A stretch of 64,000 nucleotides of DNA from Myxococcota bacterium (GTDB lineage Bacteria; Myxococcota_A; UBA796; JAJRTE01; JBJTQF01), in NCBI GenBank assembly GCA_046075485.1, contig JBJTQF010000153.1, positions 1,722 through 65,721 on the forward strand, written 5' to 3'. The notes below the pieces were generated by a model. That model saw only the letters and a program-made list of their open reading frames with translations. It was not told the origin of the DNA and did not search any database. Below are positions 45,768-54,764 of this stretch, piece by piece (within the stretch, counting starts at the first letter, position 1; each line of letters starts with the position of its first letter). The position numbers and the translations under genes were made by a program.

Positions 45768-46658
45768 TCAGTAGAGCCACTTGAGCAGCGTTCCGGTTGG
45801 GTCCAACTCCATGCCTTGCCGACGATAGGCCCAGCACATATAGGAGATCGACACAAAATAGCTGGCGGGCAGGCGGTTCAGGGCGCTGATTTTACATCCC
45901 ATCAGGGTGGTTTTGCCGCCGAATCCCATCGGGCCAATGCCAAGCTGGTTGGCTTTGATCATGACGTCTTTTTCTAAGGCGTCCAGCTCTGGATGGGGAT
46001 TTTCGTCGTCAAGCATGCGTAGGAGCTGCTCTTTGGAGTGCAGATAACCGGTGGCACGATCTCCGCCGATGGCCACGCCGAGCACACCGGGACCGCAGCC
46101 TTTGCCTTGCGCTTGAATCACGCAGTCGAGGATGCACTTTCGCACGCCGTCGAGGTCACGACCGGCGCCCAAGCGTCCGTCAGGCAGGCTATATTGAGCG
46201 CCTACGTTTTCACAGCCGCCCCCTTTGAGCATGAGCTTCACTTCGATATGGGGTTTGCGCCACTGCTCAAAATGGAAGGTGGGGGTGCCGGGGCCGAGGT
46301 TGTTGCCAGAGTTTTTGCCGGTGATGGAGTCTACCGAGTTCTGGCGCAGAAATCCTTTTTGAGTGGCCGTGACGACAGCAGCGCGGGCCTGCTCTTCAAA
46401 CGAGAGGGTGTCAAAACCCACGGGGACATGGGCAAAAAACAGAATAGAGCCGGTATCTTGGCACAGAGGCTGACTTTTGGAGCGTGCCAAGCCGATGTTT
46501 TTGTCAATGACATCCATTGCATACTGGGCGGAGGTGCCAGCTTCTTCGCGGGCGCGGCTGGCTTCAATGATCCGCAAGACGTCCTCGGGGATTTCGGCGG
46601 AGGTCTTACGAATCAGCTCCAGGAGGGGTGCGGTCAGGTCGAGAGATGACGCTTCCAT
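45768..46658 (-). CDS. Fe-S hydro-lyase alpha subunit (class I fumarate hydratase / tartrate dehydratase type)
   Basis: PLCQDTGSILFF motif and typical alpha-subunit length. ATG at 46658 (MEASSLDL) preceded by AGGAGGA; the track start at 46697 is less likely. Confidence 0.88.
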   Translation of the reverse strand: MEASSLDLTAPLLELIRKTSAEIPEDVLRIIEASRAREEAGTSAQYAMDVIDKNIGLARSKSQPLCQDTGSILFFAHVPVGFDTLSFEEQARAAVVTATQKGFLRQNSVDSITGKNSGNNLGPGTPTFHFEQWRKPHIEVKLMLKGGGCENVGAQYSLPDGRLGAGRDLDGVRKCILDCVIQAQGKGCGPGVLGVAIGGDRATGYLHSKEQLLRMLDDENPHPELDALEKDVMIKANQLGIGPMGFGGKTTLMGCKISALNRLPASYFVSISYMCWAYRRQGMELDPTGTLLKWLY

Positions 46659-46934
46659 AGTTGTGGGGATCCTCCTACGGCCCTTCAAGGGGGGCATGAT
46701 TTCGTTTCAAATTCAGGAGGAATGTAACCTAAAGCGGCGGCCCTGTCCAGACGTTCCTCAAGGGCGGCGGGCGGAGGGTCTTGACCTCTTGGGAGCTACA
46801 TTGAGGCTTCCGTTGGGGGATGAGTCCTGCGTTGAAGTGCGCTGAGACGACGATGCAGCGGCAGTTTGCCTGCTTTCTCCTGGACATTCGCACGACTCTT
46901 GGCCAAAATGCAGCCCATTTTTGGGAGGCAGTTT

Positions 46935-48104
46935 ATGTACGAAACCATCACCATCGTTAAAAAAGGGGCCAAACGTCTGCGGGGAGGCCATCCCTGGGCG
47001 TTTCGCGGTGAAATCAGCGCCGCTTCTCCCGATATTGTACCGGGCAGTGTGGTCAAAGCCATCGATGAGCTGGGATATCTGATCGGCTTGGGCTTTTATA
47101 ATGCAAAGACCCTGATCACCTTTCGTTTGATCACCCGCCAGGATGAAGTGATCGACAGAACGTTTTGGAAACGACGGCTGGAGCGGGCACTCTCGCTGCG
47201 TCGGCAGGTCTTAGACCCACAAGATGATACCGGTCGAATGGTCCATGCGGAGGCCGATGGCATTCCCGGGCTGATCGCCGACCGGTATGGCTCAGTGCTG
47301 GTGGTGCAGCTTCTCACGGCAGGCATCGAACGAGAGCGGGCCCAATGGATTGACCTCCTTCGAGAGGTATATCAGCCTCATGCCATTCTCGCCCGCAATG
47401 ATCAGAAGCCCCGCGAGCTGGAAGGTCTGATCCAAGAGAAGGTGGCACTCTATGGTGAGGTGCCGAGTGAGCTGATCGTCAAAGAGAACGGCATTCGATT
47501 GATCGTGGATCCCTGGAATGGTCAAAAGACGGGGGCCTTCTTAGATCAGCGTGAAAACCGAGTGGCGATTCGTCCTTTTGCCAAAGGAAAGGTGCTGGAT
47601 GCCTTCTGTTATCAAGGATGGTTTGCGCTCCACTGTGCGCCCACCGCCGAGAAGGTGATCGCACTGGATGGCAGTGCTCCAGCGGTGGAGATGGTGCGTC
47701 GAAATGCCACGCTCAACGGCTTTGAGAACATCGTAGCGGTGCAAGAGAATGTGTTCGACTATCTTTATGCCGCCGACAAACGCGGAGATCGTTTTGACAC
47801 GATTCTGCTGGATCCTCCGGCATTTGCCAAGAGCAAGGACAGCATCGAAGCGGGGGTGAAAGGTTACAAGGAGATCAACCTTCGGGCCATGCGACTGCTC
47901 CCGGAAGGTGGTATCTTGGTGACCAGCTCGTGCAGCTATCACCTCTCGGAAGAACGTTTTTTGACCGTGGTGGAGGAAGCGGCCCGCGATGGTGGACGAC
48001 AGATCCAAGTGCTCGAGAAACGCACACAAGGCAAGGATCATCCGCTGCTGCTCACCCATCCTGAGTCGTATTACCTGAAGTGTTTCATCTTGCGGGTACT
48101 GTAA
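46935..48104 (+). CDS. Class I SAM-dependent rRNA methyltransferase with N-terminal PUA-like domain (RlmI-like)
   Basis: ATG at 46935 follows GGGAGG. N-terminus KKGAKRLRGGHPWAF. MTase motifs VLDAFCYQGWFAL and ILLDPPAFAKSK. Confidence 0.85.
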   Translation: MYETITIVKKGAKRLRGGHPWAFRGEISAASPDIVPGSVVKAIDELGYLIGLGFYNAKTLITFRLITRQDEVIDRTFWKRRLERALSLRRQVLDPQDDTGRMVHAEADGIPGLIADRYGSVLVVQLLTAGIERERAQWIDLLREVYQPHAILARNDQKPRELEGLIQEKVALYGEVPSELIVKENGIRLIVDPWNGQKTGAFLDQRENRVAIRPFAKGKVLDAFCYQGWFALHCAPTAEKVIALDGSAPAVEMVRRNATLNGFENIVAVQENVFDYLYAADKRGDRFDTILLDPPAFAKSKDSIEAGVKGYKEINLRAMRLLPEGGILVTSSCSYHLSEERFLTVVEEAARDGGRQIQVLEKRTQGKDHPLLLTHPESYYLKCFILRVL

Positions 48105-48261
48105 AAGACGGCCTCTCCCCTGCCCCCCTTTTCGATCTAGCGCGTCTCCATCGCACAACAGCCCGACTCAAAAAAGGAAGCCAGCTCACCCGCACCTTCC
48201 ACCACTCGAGGGGTGAGATGAATGCAGATGGCTGGCCCTTCTGTCTGCGCTTCGGCTGGCT

Positions 48262-48305
48262 CATGCATGCACACGCTCACGCGCATACTCACACGCATGC
48301 GCGCC
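48262..48305. repeat. Alternating purine-pyrimidine tract (inverted relative of the 40396 tract)
   Basis: catgcatgcacacgctcacgcgcatactcacacgcatgcgcgc. Its reverse complement shares ATGCGTGTGAG..TATG.GCGTGA with 40441-40470. It lies between convergent genes. Confidence 0.75.
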
Positions 48306-48313
48306 TGAAGCCA

Positions 48314-49234
48314 TCACTTATCACTGATGTCAATCGAAGCCGTCGAGAAATTAAAGGCGACCGAGAAGGCTGCTTCTTCTTCGATGGTCAGATCCATAAA
48401 TGGAGCGATGGCTTCGAGGGCAGCGGTGACGATCTCATCCTCGGGGATCTGGTTAGAGTCCGGGATGGCATTACGCAAGAGTGCTTCAACTTCAGACTGA
48501 AGAATCGCCCCTCCCAGCAGTCCCGAGGTCAATGCAGTGGAGTTGCCTGTGATGGTATAGTCACAGCTCGCCAGGGTGCCGGTCACGTCCAAGCTGAGGG
48601 AGCCGCCGATCACATAGGTGAAGCTGCCAGGGCCAAAGGTGCCCTTGCCTGCGTCCAGATCCACCGAGCCAGTCTGTATGCCCACCGAGATATCGGTCAC
48701 GTAGGCACCAGCACCATTCTTGAGGCCGTTAAACCAGGTGAGCACCGCCTCATCGGGGGGTCCGGTGAGGGTCTCCAGGTAGATCAAGGCGTCGGAGTTG
48801 ATGGCCGCCGTGAGGTTGGTGTTGAGGGTATCCACATCCAGCACCAGCCCGGCTTCTTCCAGCGCGGACCAGATCTGATCGGTGAGGGCTTGGGCTTGGG
48901 TGGTATTGCCGCCATTGCCCTGCAAGATGGCATCGTAGATCGAGCTATAGAGTTGGGTGTTGAGCGTATCAAACACACTGGGCAGATTATTGTCCAATGT
49001 GCCGTTGCCATCCAGGTCAAACCCGCTGCCGATCGGGGCGATCAAGAAGCTGGTGGTCTTGTACTCACCCGCCAAGTTGGGCACTGCTGTGGGTGTAGCC
49101 GGAATTGGGGTCGGTGAATCTTCTGGGGTGGGAGATTCAACAGGCGGCTTCGCCTCACAAGCCACCAGGGGCAGGGTCAAGAGGGCCCCTCCAAGAAGGC
49201 GAGACATCAGCGAAGTACGGGGCGAGAGCATCAT
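48314..49234 (-). CDS. Lipoprotein of unknown function (paralog of 16202..17191)
   Basis: ATG at 49234 lies 5 nt after GGAGG. Lipobox LPLVAC. Pro/Thr linker, DLDGNGTLDNNLP motif, and colinear similarity to the 16202 protein. Confidence 0.7.
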   Translation of the reverse strand: MMLSPRTSLMSRLLGGALLTLPLVACEAKPPVESPTPEDSPTPIPATPTAVPNLAGEYKTTSFLIAPIGSGFDLDGNGTLDNNLPSVFDTLNTQLYSSIYDAILQGNGGNTTQAQALTDQIWSALEEAGLVLDVDTLNTNLTAAINSDALIYLETLTGPPDEAVLTWFNGLKNGAGAYVTDISVGIQTGSVDLDAGKGTFGPGSFTYVIGGSLSLDVTGTLASCDYTITGNSTALTSGLLGGAILQSEVEALLRNAIPDSNQIPEDEIVTAALEAIAPFMDLTIEEEAAFSVAFNFSTASIDISDK

Positions 49235-49710
49235 AAAATCCTCCAAGTTGGCTCATCCGGGGGAGAAAAACGGGGGAGGCGTGGGCGTTCACGCAGCCCA
49301 GCTAAAAATGGAGGTCTGAGCACCATGACCCAGCAAACGCAGGCGCATCCATGATCGTTGAGACAGTCCCAATCTGCAACAAAATCAGCACAATAGAATG
49401 CTTCAGACGCCACTTAACAGCGTAATTGAAACAAATTATGTCTGCGCTGTCAAGTGCCATTGTTGACATTGGCGGATGATTTCTGGATCGGTTCGTCTGC
49501 TTTCATACGCTTTTCTACAAATTCATACCTCTGCCATTTTTGTTCGGATGGGATGGACTCGTCGCCACAGACACCCATGCTTGCCACTTCCCTTTTCCCG
49601 CTCAGCACGACTTTTCCGGCCCTGCCCTTTTATTTCCTGCCTTCCCCCTTGAAACTCGCGCTTCAGGGACACATCCTTTCCTACAGAACCCACATCCACA
49701 GGGAGGATTT

Positions 49711-50373
49711 ATGGTGACGCCCCTTTTACCCGCAGAATTACAGCGGCTGCCCATGTTTCCGCTGCCCAAGCTGGTGTTTTTTCCGCATACCCTGCTCCCG
49801 CTGCACATCTTTGAGCCCCGCTATCGCAAGATGACGGCGGATGTCCTGGCGCAGAAGCTCCCCCTGGCCATCGTGCAGCTCAAAGAGGGTGCCCGAACAC
49901 CGGACGAGGTTTTTCCCGTGGCGGGTGTTGGCCGCATTGTTGAGCACCGCACACTCCCGGATGGACGTTATCAGCTCATGCTGGCAGGCGTCGGACGGGT
50001 GCGCATCCGAGAGGAGCTGGACAGTGATCAACCCTATCGAGTGGTTCAGGCGGAGCTGCTCTCGGACGAGCTACATCCCACCGAGCAGGTGCGACTCCAC
50101 GCCGCCCGCTTGACCCTCCAGGGTCTGGCCCTCAGTCTCACCCGCACCAACCCACGTCTGGCGGGTGTGCTGAGTGAGATCTTACGCATCAGCGACGGTC
50201 CTGCCACCCTCGCCGATGTGCTGGCATCGATCTTTGTGCCCGATCCAGCGGAACGTCAGCTCTTGCTGGAGACCCTCGAGGTCGAGAAACGCCTGTCTCG
50301 GGTCATCGACGCGGTGGCGGAGGTGGCGGCAGAACCTCCCGCTGGGACACCTTCTGGCCAGCTCTTGAATTGA
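49711..50373 (+). CDS. LON substrate-binding (LON N-terminal) domain protein
   Basis: ATG at 49711 follows GGGAGG. LPMFPLPKLVFFPHTLLPLHIFEPRYRKM is the canonical start of the LON N-domain. Confidence 0.8.
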   Translation: MVTPLLPAELQRLPMFPLPKLVFFPHTLLPLHIFEPRYRKMTADVLAQKLPLAIVQLKEGARTPDEVFPVAGVGRIVEHRTLPDGRYQLMLAGVGRVRIREELDSDQPYRVVQAELLSDELHPTEQVRLHAARLTLQGLALSLTRTNPRLAGVLSEILRISDGPATLADVLASIFVPDPAERQLLLETLEVEKRLSRVIDAVAEVAAEPPAGTPSGQLLN

Positions 50374-50531
50374 CAGCCGGACTTCAACCCGCCTGCCTTC
50401 TTCTGGGTTGTGCCCTTGATACGGCCTTGAGCTTTCTCACCATATCCCGCTGATTCTACGTCTGGTTTTGAGCACTTCATGGCCCCCCTGTTGCATCATG
50501 GCAAGTGTTGTCTGAAGCGCTTTCAATTGCC

Positions 50532-50561
50532 TTTACGACCCTGCCATCTCTCCAGTATAAT
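50532..50561 (+). promoter_or_regulatory. Candidate sigma70-type promoter for the FHA-GAF-cyclase gene
   Basis: Perfect TATAAT at 50556-50561. A weak -35 (TTTACG/TTACGA) lies 17-18 nt upstream. The ATG at 50607 is about 40 nt downstream of the predicted start site. Confidence 0.4.
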
Positions 50562-50606
50562 TCCGAGAACTGTATCTTTCTTGTCACATAAGAAGGGCTG
50601 TCTGCA

Positions 50607-52976
50607 ATGGCGAAGCTCATTGAAATTGCAGGGTATTCCCCCGGACGGGAGACTCCGGTGGGGGACATGCTGCTGCTGGGCAGAGATCCGGGAGAAGGAG
50701 GGCTGGCGGTCGCCAACCGAGAAGCCTCTCGTAAACACGCCCGTATCCGCCGCCAGGGCAGTGAGTACGTCATTGAAGATCTGAACAGCGCCAATGGCAC
50801 GTATATCAATGGCGTGCGAAAACCCTTCTCAGCCTTACCAGAAGGGACACTTCTCACAGTTGGACGTACTACTTTTCGGTTTTCCCTCGAAACCGGCAAA
50901 AATGCCCTCGCATCTCAACCTGCTGTGCCGCTGAAGCTCGATGCCCGTCCCGCCGCAGGCCAAGAAGATCCTGCCATCGAGATGATCGAAGCCGCCGAGG
51001 ACGAAGAAACATCGCTGGGCGAAGTAACCATCGCGCGGGAGTCCTTTGCCCCCCGGAGTACCGCGCCGGGGGGGGTGCCGGCACAAAACCTCCTGCATCT
51101 CTGGAATGATGTGGGGGCCTCGCATGATCGCCGTAGCTCAGCTCCTCCGCCTCCCGGTGTGCCCACCTTGCCCGGACGGGGAAGTCCCGGTGCATCTTCT
51201 CCTTCGCATCCGGCGCAGGTGTTCTCGAGTGCCCCTGCGGTTCCGTTGAATGCAGCGGCAAATGCTGCGGGCGTGGTGTCTCCGGCTGTTTTGGGGACGG
51301 CTCCAAGCTCCCCGCATGCCAGCGCCAGCTCGGCCACGGCTCCGTCGGCACCCTCCGTTCCAGTCTCTCGCCCGCCGGACAAACAGCGCGCACCGGTCTG
51401 GAACATGATGCTCGATGCACGCGCCACACGCATGGGTCAGTCGCTGACCCTCGAGCCGGAAAACCTCCAGCGTGAGCGTGACATTCTCCAGATCTTGACG
51501 GAGATCAGCCGAACCATTGGGAGTATTTTGCACTTGCCCTCGCTGGTGCATCAGATCTTGTTGAAGGCGTTTGAGCTGTTCCCGGTGGCGGAAAATGCGT
51601 CCCTCCATCTATTAGATCAGGATGGAAAGCTGGTGCCCCTGGCGGCTCGCTCGCGCAGTGGCGGTGAGATTGATGCCCCTCCCCTCTCGCTGACGATTGC
51701 GAACATGGCGCTGACGGATCGTCAAGCGGTGCTCTCAACGGATGCAGCGGGGGATGAGCGTTTTCTCAACAAGCAGAGCGTGATCATCAACCGGGTGCGC
51801 TCGTTTATGTGTACACCCCTGCTCTTTCAAGAGGAAGTGCTGGGGGTGCTCTACGTGGACACGACAGACGCACGGCCTCGGTTTACGGGGGATGACCTAC
51901 GGCTCTTCACGGCGGTGTCGGCTCAGATGGCGGTGGCGGTCAAAAATTCTCAGCTCATGGCGGACAATCTGCGGGAAGCGGAGCTGCGTCTGCACATCAC
52001 CCGTTATCTTCCACCGGGTCTGGTGGAGCAGGTCTTGACCAAACAGATCGACCTGAATCCGGGTGGCAGTCTCTACGAAGGGACGGTGCTGTTTTCAGAC
52101 ATCGTGGGCTTTACGCCGATGGCGGAGCGGCTCGGCCCCGTCCAGCTTGTGACCACACTCAACCGCTATTTCCAGCACATGGTGGATGTGATCTTCCGCT
52201 ACAACGGGTCGATCAACAAGTTTGGCGGGGATGCGATCATGGCGCTGTGGGGAGTTCCGGTCAAGCTGGGGGATGACATCCTCAAGGCGACTTGTGCGGC
52301 CCTCGAGATGCAGGTGGCCATCTTTGGCTTTAATCTTGCCGCACCGGATGAGGCGGAGCCCCTTCGCGTCGGCATCGGGCTCAACACCGGCAACTTCGTG
52401 ATGGGGAATGTGGGCAGTGTGCAGCATATGGAGTACACGGCGCTGGGCAATCACGTCAACCTGGCTCAGCGGGTGGAGAGCCAAGCCAGCGGTTGTCAGT
52501 GTTTTCTCTCGGAGAACACCTTTGATCCGATTGCCAAAGACGTGAGCGTGTTTGCGCTGCCTGCCAAGATGCTCAAGGGGGTGCGGGTGCCCATGCCAAT
52601 CTACTCGGTGCGGGCAGCACACTTTCGGGATGTGACGCTGTGTGCGGTGCCGGGGATGGTGCAGTGGCCCACCGGTATGACCGCGCTGGCCATGATTGCC
52701 AAACTCTTTGAGGATGGCTCGTTTGAGGTCTGGATGTCGCGCCGTCCCGAACCGGGGGCGGAGCTCCAGCTTCGCCTGGATCCCCCCGAATATCCCGGCA
52801 TGGAGGTGGTGAGCATGGTGGTGCTCAGCAGTGAGACGCTGCATGAGTTTACGGCGGACTCCACACGGTTGGGCTGGCGCGCACGCGCGAGGTTTGCCGG
52901 GGCGATTCCTGCCGTGTTGGTGACGGGAACACGACACACCCCCCGAGAAGGCTTTGAGTATCTCGAGCGGGGATGA
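50607..52976 (+). CDS. FHA - GAF - class III adenylate/guanylate cyclase
   Basis: FHA (LLLGRD....ASRKHARIRRQGSEYVIEDLNSANGTYINGV....L.EGTLLTVGRTTFRF), a low-complexity Pro/Ala/Ser linker, a GAF-like region, and cyclase motifs GTVLFSDIVGFT, GDAIMALWG and GLNTGNFVMGNVG. Confidence 0.9.
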   Translation: MAKLIEIAGYSPGRETPVGDMLLLGRDPGEGGLAVANREASRKHARIRRQGSEYVIEDLNSANGTYINGVRKPFSALPEGTLLTVGRTTFRFSLETGKNALASQPAVPLKLDARPAAGQEDPAIEMIEAAEDEETSLGEVTIARESFAPRSTAPGGVPAQNLLHLWNDVGASHDRRSSAPPPPGVPTLPGRGSPGASSPSHPAQVFSSAPAVPLNAAANAAGVVSPAVLGTAPSSPHASASSATAPSAPSVPVSRPPDKQRAPVWNMMLDARATRMGQSLTLEPENLQRERDILQILTEISRTIGSILHLPSLVHQILLKAFELFPVAENASLHLLDQDGKLVPLAARSRSGGEIDAPPLSLTIANMALTDRQAVLSTDAAGDERFLNKQSVIINRVRSFMCTPLLFQEEVLGVLYVDTTDARPRFTGDDLRLFTAVSAQMAVAVKNSQLMADNLREAELRLHITRYLPPGLVEQVLTKQIDLNPGGSLYEGTVLFSDIVGFTPMAERLGPVQLVTTLNRYFQHMVDVIFRYNGSINKFGGDAIMALWGVPVKLGDDILKATCAALEMQVAIFGFNLAAPDEAEPLRVGIGLNTGNFVMGNVGSVQHMEYTALGNHVNLAQRVESQASGCQCFLSENTFDPIAKDVSVFALPAKMLKGVRVPMPIYSVRAAHFRDVTLCAVPGMVQWPTGMTALAMIAKLFEDGSFEVWMSRRPEPGAELQLRLDPPEYPGMEVVSMVVLSSETLHEFTADSTRLGWRARARFAGAIPAVLVTGTRHTPREGFEYLERG

Positions 52977-52986
52977 GATGCAGGTT

Positions 52987-53010
52987 CACGCGCGCACGCG
53001 AGCGCATCAC
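52987..53010. repeat. Short alternating purine-pyrimidine tract CACGCGCGCACGCGAGCGCATCAC
   Basis: It begins 11 nt after the cyclase stop, between convergent genes. Same compositional class as 40396 and 48262. Confidence 0.6.
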
Positions 53011-53144
53011 GAAGCCCTTGTTTGCTCTTCGCTGCTCTTTGAGATGGGATGGGTGAGATGGGATGGGTTGGAAGGGGCTATTTTTGGAATCCCGCCAGCT
53101 TATGCGCTTGATCTAGGAAATAGTCGTGGAGGCACAGGGCTACC

Positions 53145-54764
53145 TCAAAATCCTCGCTGATAGGTCAATCCGAACTGTCCCAACACTTCACCGCTGAAGA
53201 GAAATCCAAACCCAAGAGTGAACTCGATTCCATTCTGTTTTAAGGGGTCTATGAAGAAGTAACCGGTCCCCCCTCGCACTTCTGCTCCCAACGACGCCGT
53301 CTCCACTTTGGCACACTTACACGCCAACATGCCCCCTTCGATGAAGAGGCTAAACGGATCCAGCTCCCAAGTCCGACGCACCCCCAGATGCAGGGCCAGC
53401 GCCGCCCCCCCTCCCGAGTACCCCGCCAGCGCCAGCGCCAAGCGCGCATCCAGAGAGGGTATCACCTCACGCGCGCCTCCCAGCTCCAAGCCGATATATC
53501 GCCCCTGCAAACCATTGAGCTGCTGAATGAGCTGTGGTCCCAGCCCCACTTGCCAGCCCCTCAGCGCGGTGGGCACCTTCACCGTCTTGCCTCCACGCCC
53601 CGCCACCGATGGCAACTTGACCTCTTGCCCACTGGTGTAAAGCCCCGCTGGAGGCTCCGTCACTTGACCAGCCGTCACGTCTACGTACAATACGCGCTGC
53701 GCAACCGCATATTCGTTGGGCTGATACAGCAACAACCAGCGCCGCCCCGAATCCCGCGCCACTCGCAGAAACGCATCGAGCACCAACGCCCGCAACACGG
53801 GAGAGCTCTCCGGCTCAAAGAGATGTTGCCAACCCAAAAGCTGAGTGCTGGCGCTGAACCAGACGGTGGAACCCTCCGCTTCTTGGCTCAGATCGAGCAA
53901 AAAGGAAGTCTGCCCCCCCTCACGGTCCACCCACTGCGCCAGATGAACACTACGCGCCACTTTTCGCGGCGCATCGGTCAGCACAGCGCCGTCGATCAGC
54001 ACCTTCACCCCCTCCAAGTCAAGGGACTGGCGAAGCTGAACACCCTGCTGGTTAAAGAACCCCTTCTGTGCCTTGTAGAAGATCTGAAGGGCTCGCGGGG
54101 GATAACGATTGTCCCACTCACGATCCGGGTTGATGCCCACCGCACGGGTAAAACCCGCCAAGGCTTCGTCTTGCTTGTTGAGCCCAAATCCGAGCATGCC
54201 TTGCAGGAAAAAAGCCCGATAGAGCAGCTCGCCCACCTTGTCCGAGCGCAGACAGGGCAAGAGTGGCGCCGCCGCCTTCAAGAGACTCTCCCCCTTTTCG
54301 TACTCCCCCAGCAGCAGCTCTTTGTCTACGTCGTCGAGGGCCTGGAGTAAGCGCGCATCAGGATCGGCCTCTGCACTCTCACAAGCAGTCCGTGTCCCTC
54401 GACTCAGCACCACCCGGCCTTCGCCAAAGTCTGCCATCACTTGGCGTCCATCGGCCAGCTCGAGCTGATTGCCCGGCGGATTATATCCCCCCCGCTTGAG
54501 TGAAACGAGGGTGGTGGTCAGATCCGGCATCTCAGCACCTGGATCCGGCAGCACAAAAATAGCACCCGGTCCCAACCCCTGGGAAGGTTTAACAACGCCG
54601 GTGGTGCCGGATGGAGAAGCCGCCTGCACAGAATAATCCAGGCTCAAGGCCATCAAGCCCAGCACGCATGCCAGCCCCATCCCCCGGACCCGCCGCTTGA
54701 GCGCCCCTCGAGACGGAACTTCAACCACCGCTTGCAGGCGTTCGCCGATTACTGGCCCAGCCAT
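53145..54764 (-). CDS. Secreted / possible outer-membrane protein of unknown function
   Basis: Signal-like MGLACVLGLMALSL. The C-terminal ~130 aa have alternating hydrophobic/Gly-rich strands and end in ...GLTYQRGF (terminal aromatic, OMP-like). The start overlaps the upstream kinase stop by 16 nt; the start is uncertain and could be M29 at 54680. Confidence 0.6.
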   Translation of the reverse strand: MAGPVIGERLQAVVEVPSRGALKRRVRGMGLACVLGLMALSLDYSVQAASPSGTTGVVKPSQGLGPGAIFVLPDPGAEMPDLTTTLVSLKRGGYNPPGNQLELADGRQVMADFGEGRVVLSRGTRTACESAEADPDARLLQALDDVDKELLLGEYEKGESLLKAAAPLLPCLRSDKVGELLYRAFFLQGMLGFGLNKQDEALAGFTRAVGINPDREWDNRYPPRALQIFYKAQKGFFNQQGVQLRQSLDLEGVKVLIDGAVLTDAPRKVARSVHLAQWVDREGGQTSFLLDLSQEAEGSTVWFSASTQLLGWQHLFEPESSPVLRALVLDAFLRVARDSGRRWLLLYQPNEYAVAQRVLYVDVTAGQVTEPPAGLYTSGQEVKLPSVAGRGGKTVKVPTALRGWQVGLGPQLIQQLNGLQGRYIGLELGGAREVIPSLDARLALALAGYSGGGAALALHLGVRRTWELDPFSLFIEGGMLACKCAKVETASLGAEVRGGTGYFFIDPLKQNGIEFTLGFGFLFSGEVLGQFGLTYQRGF

